From contig CAXYEE010000026.1 in the NCBI GenBank assembly GCA_964276105.1, positions 247 through 64,246 of the forward strand: DNA of 64,000 bases, read 5' to 3'. This document shows, in pieces, positions 53,152 to 62,569 of this stretch; the first letter of the stretch is position 1, and each line of letters starts with the position of its first letter. The notes beneath the pieces were generated by a model that did not search any database, was not told the origin of the DNA, and saw only the letters and a list, made by a program, of their open reading frames with translations. The translations under genes were made by a program, and so were the position numbers. This DNA is from an uncultured Gammaproteobacteria bacterium. Lineage in GTDB: Bacteria > Pseudomonadota > Gammaproteobacteria > Steroidobacterales > Rariloculaceae.

Positions 53152-54588
53152 TTGGTGCCCCTTATGCCTGATTTGATTCCAGCCATTGCAGAGATTTTTC
53201 TTACGATTGCGCTGTGCTTGATATTAGTGATTGATACTTTTCTGAAGCAAAATCAGCGAATTATTACTTTTCGACTTGCGATGCTTGCTTTGATTGGAAC
53301 TGCATTTTGCACAGTCTACTTTGGCGTTGACGGACCTGTTACTACATTTAATGAAGCTTATCTTGCAGATCCTGCGGGCAATATTTTAAAGTTATTTGCC
53401 TATCTGATTATAGGTATTGTTTTTCTTTACTCACGAGATTATTTAATACGTGAGGGGCTCTTTAAGGGAGAATTTTTTGTACTAGCGCTTTTTGGTTTGT
53501 TAGGCGTAATGGTAATAACTTCCTCTAATAACCTTCTTATTGTGTATTTGGGTTTGGAACTGCTTTCGCTGTCGCTCTATGCTTTAGTAGCATTCGATCG
53601 TAATTCTGGTCTAGCTGCTGAGTCTGCAATGAAGTATTTTGTGCTGGGTGCGATTGCTTCTGGAACGCTTCTTTATGGTATTTCGGTCCTTTACGGGCTT
53701 ACAGGAACAATATCTATTAATGAACTTTCGCAGTACTTCTCAGCAATTGAAGAGGTAAGTCTTCTAGCCCTTTTAGGCTTAGCTTTTATCATCGTTGGGA
53801 TTGCTTTTAAATTTGGTGCTGTTCCATTTCATATGTGGTTGCCTGATGTTTATCAAGGTGCTAGAACCCCGGTAACGCTTTATATAGGTACTGCTCCTAA
53901 GTTAGCCGCATTTGCTCTGGCATGGAGGTTTTTGAGTGATGGTTTAGGTGAATTACATGGTAGTTGGCAAGACATGGTTTTAGTGCTTGTTGTCTTATCA
54001 TTGATACTTGGTAATCTAGCAGCAATCGCTCAAACAAACCTCAAACGGATGCTCGCCTATTCAACCATCTCACATGTTGGTTTTATTCTGATGGGGTTTG
54101 TTACAGGAAGTTTAGAAGGCTTGCGTGCTTCAATGTTCTATACCTTGACCTATGTGCTAATGGCAGCAGCAGCTTTTGGCATGATTATTGCTCTAAGCAG
54201 AAAAGGATTTGAAGCTGATAAATTAGAGGATTTTAAGGGGCTCAATGGACGAAGCCCTTGGTTTGCATTAATGATGCTTATGATCATGTTTAGCATGGCA
54301 GGCGTTCCACCGTTTGTTGGTTTTTATGCAAAACTGATGGTGTTAGAGAGCGTTTTGGATGCGGAGCTTTTTGGATTGGCTATAACAGGAGTTATATTTG
54401 CTGTTGTGGGAGCTTTTTATTATCTGAGGGTTGTTTGGTACATGTATTTTTCTGAGCCATCAGATACTTCTGCTCTTACGATTTCCAGCGATTTTCAGTT
54501 AATACTTAGCGCGAATGTATTAGCTTTACTTGCTCTTGGTTTATTCCCTGGATTTTTGCTGGACCTATGTAGCCGAGTCTTATCCTAA
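53152..54588 (+). CDS. nuoN: NADH-quinone oxidoreductase subunit N
   Basis: 478 aa from TTG 53152, with an alternative ATG at 53164. Contains FKFGAVPFHMWLPDVYQGARTPVT. Confidence 0.96.
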   Translation: MVPLMPDLIPAIAEIFLTIALCLILVIDTFLKQNQRIITFRLAMLALIGTAFCTVYFGVDGPVTTFNEAYLADPAGNILKLFAYLIIGIVFLYSRDYLIREGLFKGEFFVLALFGLLGVMVITSSNNLLIVYLGLELLSLSLYALVAFDRNSGLAAESAMKYFVLGAIASGTLLYGISVLYGLTGTISINELSQYFSAIEEVSLLALLGLAFIIVGIAFKFGAVPFHMWLPDVYQGARTPVTLYIGTAPKLAAFALAWRFLSDGLGELHGSWQDMVLVLVVLSLILGNLAAIAQTNLKRMLAYSTISHVGFILMGFVTGSLEGLRASMFYTLTYVLMAAAAFGMIIALSRKGFEADKLEDFKGLNGRSPWFALMMLMIMFSMAGVPPFVGFYAKLMVLESVLDAELFGLAITGVIFAVVGAFYYLRVVWYMYFSEPSDTSALTISSDFQLILSANVLALLALGLFPGFLLDLCSRVLS

Positions 54589-54626
54589 AAACTGTTATCA
54601 AGTTCGATAATTGCTTATTGCGCGCC

Positions 54627-54655
54627 TTGCGACTGCTGGCGTGCGTTAGTATGAT
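54627..54655 (+). promoter_or_regulatory. Sigma-70 type promoter for the tRNA-Met gene
   Basis: TTGCGA (54627-54632), a 17-nt spacer, then TATGAT (54650-54655). A GC-rich discriminator GCCGC follows, and the tRNA 5' end lies 14 nt downstream. Confidence 0.6.
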
Positions 54656-54668
54656 GCCGCTTCTCGAT

Positions 54669-54745
<77 letters not shown>

Positions 54746-54799
54746 TCTGTTCCTTCTTTAAGTCGATACCCATCTAAAATCAATAATGGGGGAATACAT

Positions 54800-55465
54800 A
54801 TGCGTGTTTTGATTTTTTTTCTTTCAGTAGTTAGTCAGCTTTGGTTTTCTGGAGCCTCCTTTGCACAAGGGTGGATTGAATTCGTTGATCAGGTTGATCG
54901 TTTTGGAGTTAATTTTCCAGGTGAACCTGAAATTCGCGAATTTAGCTATACCTCAGAGTTTAACGCTATCTTTCCTGGACGAGTTTATTCAGCTCAAGTA
55001 GGAAGCAATAGTTATTCGGTCACTGTGGTCCATTTTGCAGATGCAGAGCGAATTCATGATGCTATGGAAAAAACGGTGGCACAAAGCGGCCCAAGCAATT
55101 GGCTTTATGACCAAAGAGCGTCTGTAGCCCGTGCGGCTCGTGAATTCCGTCAAAGAGACGGTGAAGTAACTTATGATGCTTGGTCTCATATAGACCGAGT
55201 GGAAGGACTTCAGCTACAACTTACAAATGCAGATGGGTCCAGAACCTTTGCGGGTATCTATTTGAATGGCAATGTAGACCGGCTATACGTTTTAGAGGCT
55301 ACAGTTGATGCTAGGTCGCCATCACCTGGATTATTTCAGCAATCACTTAGATTCTTAGATGACGTAGGGGATAGAATTCGTTATCGATTATCAACAAATG
55401 GTTGCTCTGTATATCCTGATATAGAACCCAATAATCCAGCTATAGCAGTACTATCTATTCGATAA
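54800..55465 (+). CDS. Hypothetical exported protein
   Basis: 221-aa ORF with a signal-like N-terminus (MRVLIFFLSVVSQLWFSGASFA|QG). I recognise no family. Confidence 0.6.
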   Translation: MRVLIFFLSVVSQLWFSGASFAQGWIEFVDQVDRFGVNFPGEPEIREFSYTSEFNAIFPGRVYSAQVGSNSYSVTVVHFADAERIHDAMEKTVAQSGPSNWLYDQRASVARAAREFRQRDGEVTYDAWSHIDRVEGLQLQLTNADGSRTFAGIYLNGNVDRLYVLEATVDARSPSPGLFQQSLRFLDDVGDRIRYRLSTNGCSVYPDIEPNNPAIAVLSIR

Positions 55466-55500
55466 GGCTATATACATTCGGGTATTTTGCTGATTTGGCT

Positions 55501-55911
55501 TTACAGTTGAGGGGGTAAAGGGATTTCGTTTAGGGTTCCTAAAAGGCCATTAAAACATTGGATTCGAGCGCCCTCTTTAAGCCCAGAGGTTAGGTTAATA
55601 GCTTCTTCATCCGGGTAGATGGCTAACTGCACAGCCACGAGGACGGCCTGTAGATAGGCCCGTTCGAGGAATTTTTGTTCATAGGGGTAGAGACTATTTT
55701 CAACTAAGGGTCTACCTTTTTCTGCATATTCATCTAGGTCTGCCGTACCAATTTCGGGGTTGGGGGTTGCAGCTCGTGCCCATTCAAATAGTAGATCCCA
55801 CTTTTCAATGAGTCTATCGCAATATTCGTTTGCAACTTCAGCATCAGGGGATTGTTGAGAAAAGCTGGGTGATATAGCTAGAAGACCAGCTAGTAGTATT
55901 CCATTTTTCAT
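55501..55911 (-). CDS. Hypothetical exported protein
   Basis: 136-aa ORF with a signal-like N-terminus (MKNGILLAGLLAISPSFS|QQ). I recognise no family. Confidence 0.55.
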   Translation of the reverse strand: MKNGILLAGLLAISPSFSQQSPDAEVANEYCDRLIEKWDLLFEWARAATPNPEIGTADLDEYAEKGRPLVENSLYPYEQKFLERAYLQAVLVAVQLAIYPDEEAINLTSGLKEGARIQCFNGLLGTLNEIPLPPQL

Positions 55912-56172
55912 TGATATAGTTTCGTGATAGAGACTTAAGAGTCTATCCTAAGTTTGAAATTTAAGATGAAAAAAATTGAAAATAATATGGTTAACTAGGG
56001 CTATATCAACATAAATTGATTTCATGGTTATGAGTAGCTTTATATGTAATTCAATTGAGTATCTACCTTATGAGTAAAATTTACATAAACAAAGAGAATG
56101 AACGCCCCACGTGTTGTCAGTAAAAATAAGGGTTACACTCTTATCTTGATCTTCTAGGGGGAGTGATAAGAG

Positions 56173-56985
56173 GTGCTAAAGATCAGGCTGAGAAGCTCAG
56201 TATCAACATTCCTGTTGCTTGTTTTAATGAGTAATGTTGTAAAAGGACAGTCTTCTGAGACTGAGTTTCCTAGGGGTTGGGATGGCAAGCCTAATTTAAA
56301 TGGAATTTGGCAGGCAATTGGTACGGCACACTGGGATATTCAGGATCATCCTGCAAGTGCTGGATTACCTGAGTTTGGAGCAATCGGTGCAATCCCCCCA
56401 GGCCAAGGTGTGGTGGATGGGAATGAGATTCCCTATCAACCTTGGGCCTTAGAGCAGAAACAAAAAAACTTTGATGACCGTTTTACGATGGACCCGGAAA
56501 TCAAATGTTATTTGCCAGGAGTTCCTCGAGCAACCTACTTGCCTTATCCTTTTCAGATAATTCAAGGCACTGATAAGACCATGATTGTTTATGGCTTTGC
56601 AGAAGCCAGTCGTACAATCCATATGAATGTAGAAAACCCAAAACCTGCACCAATTGATAGTTGGATGGGGCGTTCCCATGGGAAATGGGAAGGGGATTCC
56701 TTTGTGGTCAATGTGGCAGAGTTTAATGGACAGTCATGGTTTGATCGAGCCGGTAATTTTGCTAGTGAAACACTTCGTGTGGAAGAGCGATATACACCTC
56801 TTGGTCCAAATGCTCTTATGTACCAGGCTACTATTGAAGACCCAAATGTTTTTACTGAATCTTGGACTATTAGCATGCCACTCTATCGTAGGCTAGAGGA
56901 TCTAGTGCAAGTTTTAGAATTTAAGTGTGTCGAGTATTCAGAAAGTATTTTATACGATCACCTTAGACGGCAGCCCGTAGAGTAA
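56173..56985 (+). CDS. Exported stand-alone GxSxGxW[ED]G-domain protein; function unknown
   Basis: 270 aa with a GTG start after GGGGAG and a signal-like N-terminus (KIRLRSSVSTFLLLVLMSNVVKG|QS). The family blocks are LNGIWQ, KCYLPGVPR, SRTIHMN, GRSHGKWEGDSFVV, VEERYT and FKCVEY. Confidence 0.8.
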   Translation: MLKIRLRSSVSTFLLLVLMSNVVKGQSSETEFPRGWDGKPNLNGIWQAIGTAHWDIQDHPASAGLPEFGAIGAIPPGQGVVDGNEIPYQPWALEQKQKNFDDRFTMDPEIKCYLPGVPRATYLPYPFQIIQGTDKTMIVYGFAEASRTIHMNVENPKPAPIDSWMGRSHGKWEGDSFVVNVAEFNGQSWFDRAGNFASETLRVEERYTPLGPNALMYQATIEDPNVFTESWTISMPLYRRLEDLVQVLEFKCVEYSESILYDHLRRQPVE

Positions 56986-56993
56986 ACATACAG

Positions 56994-58745
56994 TTGCAGA
57001 GGTATTACAAGTTGCAAAGAAAAAACTTTGTTTTTACAACCCTTATGCTAGGGATAATAACGTTGATGCCATACCCAATACTGGGTGCAAATTATCATCA
57101 TGTACATATTCTTGCTCCTAGCCCGCTCGAAGCAGTGAAATGGTATACAGATTATCTGGACTGTGATTCGATTGTAAATCGTATAGATGCAGTTAGTTGT
57201 GATGATATTGAAATTGTCTTTATTGCACGAGCTACCTTAGGAGGTACTCAGGGTACTGGCGTTAATCACATAGCATTTTCAGTCCCTAACCTTGAAAATA
57301 AAATGACTGAACTTGAAAGAGTGGGAGTGTATGGATCAGGTGTTAGGCTGCATAGATTTTCGGATGGTTCAATATTCCAAGATATTCCTGGTTTATATAA
57401 GTCTGGCTTTATTTTTGATCCATGGGGGACTCGGATCGAGCTTGTAGAGGATGCAGACCTTTTAGGATTTCACCATGTTCATTTGAGTTCACCAAACCCT
57501 GAAGAAACATTACTTTGGTATCAGGAAGTTTTTGATGGTGAATTAGCAAGATTGAAGGGGGAGATAGATGGTGTTTTGTTGGGTGATATCTGGGTTCTAG
57601 TGTCCGAGCATTTATCTGGTAGTCCAGCACCAACGCAAGGACGTACTCTTGAAAATTTAGGGTTTGTTGTGCCAGATCTTAATGTAGCGATATCTGGTTT
57701 TCAGGAAAAAGGGCTAGGTGTTCAGCTTGATTCTTTAGGTGAGGGCGGAAGGCCGCAACGCGCTTTTTTGCTTGGGCCTGATAATGTAAATATTTCAGTC
57801 GTTGAATCAGGTTGGGTTAGTGTAAGCGCACAGCAAAAAGTCGATAGGCCTTTAGCAATAGAGCTTCAAGAGCGTTACAGCACATCTTCTACTCCTTGGG
57901 GTGAGCCTGATCTTCAAGGAATTTGGACAAGTGATGCAGCTCATGGGATTCCTTTAGAGAGACCTCTTAATGCTGTACAAACAGTTCCGCTAACACCTGA
58001 AGAAGCGGCTGCCCGTCGCGAAAGAGGAACGCTTAATAGCATTTGGGGGTATGAAAGAGAGTGGCGTGATACTACGTTAGGGTATGCAAAAAACGCTCCC
58101 TCTACCCAAGTGTCATTGATAATTGACCCATCTGATGGTCGACTCCCACCCATGACCCCTTATGGTGAGTCGCTTGTTGCAGCAGCAGAGCTTGCAGCAA
58201 ATCAGCAAAGGTTACCCGCAGGGCCAGAAGATTTAAGTACAGATGATCGTTGTATTACGCGCGGGCTTCCGGGACTGATGTTGCCTAGGGTATATAACAA
58301 TGGATTACAAATTGTCCAAGGCCCAGGTTATGTCGCAATACAAAAGGAAATGGTTCATGAGACGCGTGTAATTCCAACCACAGAAAAACCACATCTTGGG
58401 TCTTCTCTAACCCAATGGCTTGGAGATTCCCGAGGATATTGGGATGGAGAAACACTGGTGGTAGAGGCGCTAAATTTTAATGGTCGGTCACCATTCAGGG
58501 GCGCTGGTAAAGATATGAGGTTAACTGAACGTTATACACGTATTGGACCAACTACGATTGAATATATGTTTACCGTAGTCGATAGCACGATATGGACTAG
58601 TCCTTGGACTGGAATTTTTCATTTTGAAAAAGATGATGATCAGTATGAGCTTGTCGAATATGCATGCCATGAGGGAAATTATGGCCTCACAGGTATATTA
58701 AGTGGTGCTCGTGCTACGGAAAGGGAATCTGCCGCTAATCAGTAA
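56994..58745 (+). CDS. Exported fusion: two VOC (glyoxalase/bleomycin-resistance/dioxygenase-like) domains + C-terminal GxSxGxW[ED]G domain
   Basis: 583 aa; the start is TTG 56994 or ATG 57045. The N-terminal half has two repeats of the VOC pattern (YHHVHILAPSPLEAVKWYTDYL...GVNHIAFSVP...FDPWGTRIELVE and FHHVHLSSPNPEETLLWYQEVF...LENLGFVVPDL). The C-terminal half carries LQGIWTS, DRCITRGLPG, ETRVIPT, GDSRGYWDGETLVV, LTERYT and YACHEGN. Confidence 0.8.
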   Translation: MQRYYKLQRKNFVFTTLMLGIITLMPYPILGANYHHVHILAPSPLEAVKWYTDYLDCDSIVNRIDAVSCDDIEIVFIARATLGGTQGTGVNHIAFSVPNLENKMTELERVGVYGSGVRLHRFSDGSIFQDIPGLYKSGFIFDPWGTRIELVEDADLLGFHHVHLSSPNPEETLLWYQEVFDGELARLKGEIDGVLLGDIWVLVSEHLSGSPAPTQGRTLENLGFVVPDLNVAISGFQEKGLGVQLDSLGEGGRPQRAFLLGPDNVNISVVESGWVSVSAQQKVDRPLAIELQERYSTSSTPWGEPDLQGIWTSDAAHGIPLERPLNAVQTVPLTPEEAAARRERGTLNSIWGYEREWRDTTLGYAKNAPSTQVSLIIDPSDGRLPPMTPYGESLVAAAELAANQQRLPAGPEDLSTDDRCITRGLPGLMLPRVYNNGLQIVQGPGYVAIQKEMVHETRVIPTTEKPHLGSSLTQWLGDSRGYWDGETLVVEALNFNGRSPFRGAGKDMRLTERYTRIGPTTIEYMFTVVDSTIWTSPWTGIFHFEKDDDQYELVEYACHEGNYGLTGILSGARATERESAANQ

Positions 58746-58755
58746 GGTGTTGCTA

Positions 58756-59172
58756 ATGCGTATACCATCGCTAGTATTTTTTATAATAAGTATTTGTCTG
58801 TTACAGCAGTCAGGAGTATCGCTTGCTCATCATGCGTTTTCTGCAGAGTTTGACCAAACAAAACCTGTCACTCTTCGTGGCACGGTTACTAGGATGGAAT
58901 GGATAAATCCTCATTCTTGGCTGCATATCGACGTTATTCAAGAAGACGGTAGTGTAGAAAACTGGATGATAGAGGCAGGACCCGCGGGGGTTCTTGTTCG
59001 CCGAGGATGGACAAGAGAGTCGGTAGCGATTGGTACTGACGTTTTAGTTGAGGGTTATCAGGCCAGGGATGGCTCAAATCGTGCAAATGGTAGGGATGTC
59101 ACATTGCCAGATGGACAGCGCCTATTTGCAGGTTCGGGAGGGATAGGCGCTGCACCACAGGTAGAAGAATAA
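58756..59172 (+). CDS. Small exported His-His protein (DUF6152-like); function unknown
   Basis: The track ORF starts at GTG 58702, inside the upstream gene. ATG 58756 lies 10 nt after that gene's stop and gives MRIPSLVFFIISICLLQQSGVSLA|HHAFSAEFDQTKPVTLRGTVTRMEWINPHSWLHIDV...GWTRESVAIGTDVLVEG. Confidence 0.85.
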   Translation: MRIPSLVFFIISICLLQQSGVSLAHHAFSAEFDQTKPVTLRGTVTRMEWINPHSWLHIDVIQEDGSVENWMIEAGPAGVLVRRGWTRESVAIGTDVLVEGYQARDGSNRANGRDVTLPDGQRLFAGSGGIGAAPQVEE

Positions 59173-59389
59173 TAGTAAGTGTGAGGAGAAAGTTGCAGGC
59201 CGCAAAAGTTTTTGGAATAAGTTTTTTGTTCTATAAGATGTGTTGAGTTTCTTATTCACTACGTAACTATAAATTACTAGCATTGCGAGAATTAATGGTT
59301 AGCTTTGTTAGGAAAAAATTTGTTGTCTTCTACAACCCTTGTTTGAAGGGTAAGATGATCAGTATTACCGCTAATTTGTGGAGGACTCA

Positions 59390-60643
59390 ATGTATAAAAT
59401 AAAAATTGATTTACATAGCTTGAGAAAAGGATTAAAGGCAATAATGTTGCTCGTAGTTTTTTTTATTGCAGCTTGCAGTCAAGGCACTGGAGATGTTGAT
59501 GTTACTGTCTATCAAGGAGCACGATTAATTATTGGGGATGGCTCAGTAATAGAAAATGGTGCTTTTGCTGTTAATGATGGCCAGGTTGTGGCTGTTGGAA
59601 CCACTGCTAGTATCTCTATAGATGGTGCTATGACAGTAGATCTAAGCGGCATGACTGTAATCCCGGCAATTGTTGATGCTCATGTTCATATGAGTAACAC
59701 CCGAGAGGAAATTCTTGATGATCTTCGTCGGCGAGCACATTTTGGTGTGGGAGCTGCTATGAGTATGGGCTCTGATCCTGAAGGTGTTCCATTAGAACTA
59801 CGAGATGAGATTGTGCCTGGACATGCGCGGTTTAAGTCAGCAGGACTTGGTATTACTAGACCCGAACCAGGCAGAAGAATGGTTCATTGGGTTGATACAC
59901 CTGCTCAAGCACGTGAAGCGGTGCAGACAGAGGCGTCTCGTAATGTTGATGTAATAAAGGTTTGGGTTGATGATCGGGATGGTCTTTATGATCAATTGAC
60001 GCCGGAGCTATATGGTGCAGTTATTGATGAAGCACATCAGCATGATATTCAGGTTTCTGCACACCTTTTTGAGCTGGAAGATGCTAAAGGACTGTTACGG
60101 GCTGGTGTTGATATTCTTGCACATGGAGTGCGTGATCGAGACATTGATGTCGAATTTATCTCTCTTGTAAATGAACGTCCAAACCTTGTGTTAATACCAA
60201 ATCTTCCAGGTCGTGGTATTAGTTCTGATTACAGTTGGTTAGAGGGTTCTATTCCGGACGAAGATTTTCAACGACTACAAAATATGGATGCAAGCTCCCA
60301 GGCACAATCAGCGCATGCTATACAAGCTAGAAACCTTTCTAGGTTAAGCCAAGAAGGTATGACTATAGGAATGGGGACAGATGGTAATACTCCATGGGGG
60401 GCACATATTGAGATGGAGGATATGGTTCTTGCAGGCATGTCTCCTGGTGATGTCATTGTGTCTTCAACCAAAAATTCTGCTGAGATTCTAGGATTAGACG
60501 ATATGGGTATTCTTGAAGAAGGTTATAGTGCTGACTTTGTCGTTTTAAGTGCTAACCCGTTGGATGACATTAAAAACACAAGGCAAATCTCATCGGTTTA
60601 TCTACGTGGTGTGGAGGTAAATCGCGAGGGGTTTGTATGGTAA
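59390..60643 (+). CDS. Amidohydrolase family protein with lipoprotein-type signal
   Basis: ATG 59390 follows GGAGGA. Lipobox FFIAAC. The metal-binding motif is VIPAIVDAHVHMS, with later SAHLFE, ILAHGV and GMGTDGN, and a C-terminal GYSADFVVLSANPLDD. Confidence 0.85.
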   Translation: MYKIKIDLHSLRKGLKAIMLLVVFFIAACSQGTGDVDVTVYQGARLIIGDGSVIENGAFAVNDGQVVAVGTTASISIDGAMTVDLSGMTVIPAIVDAHVHMSNTREEILDDLRRRAHFGVGAAMSMGSDPEGVPLELRDEIVPGHARFKSAGLGITRPEPGRRMVHWVDTPAQAREAVQTEASRNVDVIKVWVDDRDGLYDQLTPELYGAVIDEAHQHDIQVSAHLFELEDAKGLLRAGVDILAHGVRDRDIDVEFISLVNERPNLVLIPNLPGRGISSDYSWLEGSIPDEDFQRLQNMDASSQAQSAHAIQARNLSRLSQEGMTIGMGTDGNTPWGAHIEMEDMVLAGMSPGDVIVSSTKNSAEILGLDDMGILEEGYSADFVVLSANPLDDIKNTRQISSVYLRGVEVNREGFVW

Positions 60644-60751
60644 GAGGGTTTTTTCTTAGAGATGAGAGTTTTAAGAGAATTCTTTCATGTCATTAATTTA
60701 TAGAGCTATCCAATTATTTAAATGAACATGACTGTTGGGAAGTGAGGCAAA

Positions 60752-62038
60752 ATGATGAATGAACATAGTCAGAAACGTTGGGTTTCTAGAGCAGGTTTCT
60801 TGGTTTTCTGTGTATTAGGAATCTATTATCAGAATGTTCAAGGACAGACTGAGCCAGGCTCTGGGTTTGCTGCAGTGCCAGGATTAAGGGGCGGGCAAGA
60901 TGTTCATGGTCCCTATGAGGTGGTGCCAAACTGGCCAAAGCCGATGTCAGAAAGTCTTCCAGGTCACGAAGGCTGGACTTGGTCCGTTACCATGGATGTT
61001 TTTGCTGAGAGTCCAGATCGTGTATTCCTAGTTCAAAAAGGTGAGCTAGCTCTTATTGAGGAAAGACCTGATTCGGTCTGGTTACCAGAGCTTGGTGCTG
61101 GTTTGCGCTACCCCAATTTTCGTTTACCACTCCGTCAAGCTGGGGCAGGTATTCCAAATGGAGATCGGTTGGATGAGCCGGGTAATGGCCGGCCGGGAAT
61201 TGATTGGCGTTGGGAGCACTGCGTTCTAGTAATTGATCGTGAAGGAAATATTGTTGAGGAATGGAGTCAGTGGGACCACCTATGGTATCGGCCTCATGAT
61301 GTTGAGATTAGTCCGTATGATCCAGATAAACATGTTTGGATCGTTGATGCCGATGGTCATTTTGTTGCTAAGTTTACAAATGACGGTTCAGAGTTGGTTA
61401 TGACATTGGGTACGCCGGGGGAGCCAGGAGAGTCTGACAATCATTTTAGACGTCCTACATTTCTGGTTTTTATGGATGAGAACACCATGTACCTTGCCGA
61501 TGGTTATGACAATACTCGGATCATTAAATACGATATGGATGGCAATATTTTAGCCCAATGGGGTGAGAAGGGACGAGGTCAAGGCCAAGAGACAAGGCCA
61601 GGTTATTGGAATAATGTTCATGGTATTGCTGTTGACCCTACAACACGGCGAGTTTATGTGAATGACCGTGATAATGGACGTGTCCAGGTATTTGATGAAG
61701 ATGGTAATTATTTGGATGAATGGCAGTTTTGGTCAGGTAGGCGAGGACAGCCTCAGGATATACATAGCTTTATTGTTACAAGTGATCAAAAACTATGGGC
61801 AGCAGATCAGGGTACCCACAAGATTTTAGGGTACGATCTTGATGGTTATTTTCTTTACTCATGGGGTAGTTGGGGAGAGTATCCCGGAGGTATGTGGGGT
61901 GTTCATGGGATGTCAACTGATAACGAAGGTAACTTTTACACTGCCTCTGTTAATAACGGACGTATTCAAAAGTTTCGCCCTCGAGAAGGGGCTAATCCTG
62001 AATTTTTGATTGGTAAGCCATGGCCAGGCGCTTGGTAA
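60752..62038 (+). CDS. Exported NHL-repeat beta-propeller protein (peptidyl-alpha-hydroxyglycine lyase-like fold)
   Basis: 428 aa with a signal-like N-terminus (WVSRAGFLVFCVLGIYYQNVQG|QT). Repeated NHL-type blades: MYLADGYDNTRIIKYDMDGNIL, VYVNDRDNGRVQVFDEDGNYL, LWAADQGTHKILGYDLDGYFL and FYTASVNNGRIQKF. Confidence 0.75.
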   Translation: MMNEHSQKRWVSRAGFLVFCVLGIYYQNVQGQTEPGSGFAAVPGLRGGQDVHGPYEVVPNWPKPMSESLPGHEGWTWSVTMDVFAESPDRVFLVQKGELALIEERPDSVWLPELGAGLRYPNFRLPLRQAGAGIPNGDRLDEPGNGRPGIDWRWEHCVLVIDREGNIVEEWSQWDHLWYRPHDVEISPYDPDKHVWIVDADGHFVAKFTNDGSELVMTLGTPGEPGESDNHFRRPTFLVFMDENTMYLADGYDNTRIIKYDMDGNILAQWGEKGRGQGQETRPGYWNNVHGIAVDPTTRRVYVNDRDNGRVQVFDEDGNYLDEWQFWSGRRGQPQDIHSFIVTSDQKLWAADQGTHKILGYDLDGYFLYSWGSWGEYPGGMWGVHGMSTDNEGNFYTASVNNGRIQKFRPREGANPEFLIGKPWPGAW

Positions 62039-62101
62039 GTAAACAGTAGGCATATAATTTGGTCTAATCCAAGCTGTCTTTATGGTAATTGTTTGGAAGT
62101 A

Positions 62102-62545
62102 ATGAAAACAATGATTAAAAGCCTTATTGTTTTGGTAGGCATACTTCTTGCGATGTTGTGCGTTATGGCGCGTGCTCATCACGGTGATGCAGGTCGATAT
62201 GATGAAGCAATTATCACATTAACTGGGACGGTTATTGCACTGCAGCTAATTAATCCGCATTCTATATTGATACTTGATGTGAAAAACCAGGATGGTGAGG
62301 TGGTCAGGTGGCAAGCCGAGTTTTCAAATGCCGCTAGTCTGGCTAGGATTGGCTGGACTACCCAGACGCTACAATCTGGTGATGAAGTTGTGGTGGCTGG
62401 TCGTCGTGTAAAAAGCGGCGCACCTTATATCAACCTCAGCGAACGAGCTCGAATTTTCAAACTAGAAACATGCGAAGATATCTATCGTTCTGGAATGATT
62501 TTTGGGGAAGCACCAGATTATCCAGCACCAGCTTGCAGTATGTAG
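62102..62545 (+). CDS. Small exported His-His protein (DUF6152-like); function unknown
   Basis: The track ORF starts at TTG 62093, with ATGs at 62102 and 62111. MKTMIKSLIVLVGILLAMLCVMARA|HHGDAGRYDEAIITLTGTVIALQLINPHSILILDV...GWTTQTLQSGDEVVVAG. Confidence 0.8.
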   Translation: MKTMIKSLIVLVGILLAMLCVMARAHHGDAGRYDEAIITLTGTVIALQLINPHSILILDVKNQDGEVVRWQAEFSNAASLARIGWTTQTLQSGDEVVVAGRRVKSGAPYINLSERARIFKLETCEDIYRSGMIFGEAPDYPAPACSM

Positions 62546-62569
62546 GTTATATGATATAGCGTGCACCTA

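Noticed and set aside
59173-59377. Rho-independent terminator after the small His-His gene (TTGCAGGCCGCAA followed by AAGTTTTT)
   Set aside because: The stem is only about 4 bp with an imperfect loop, which is too weak to call.
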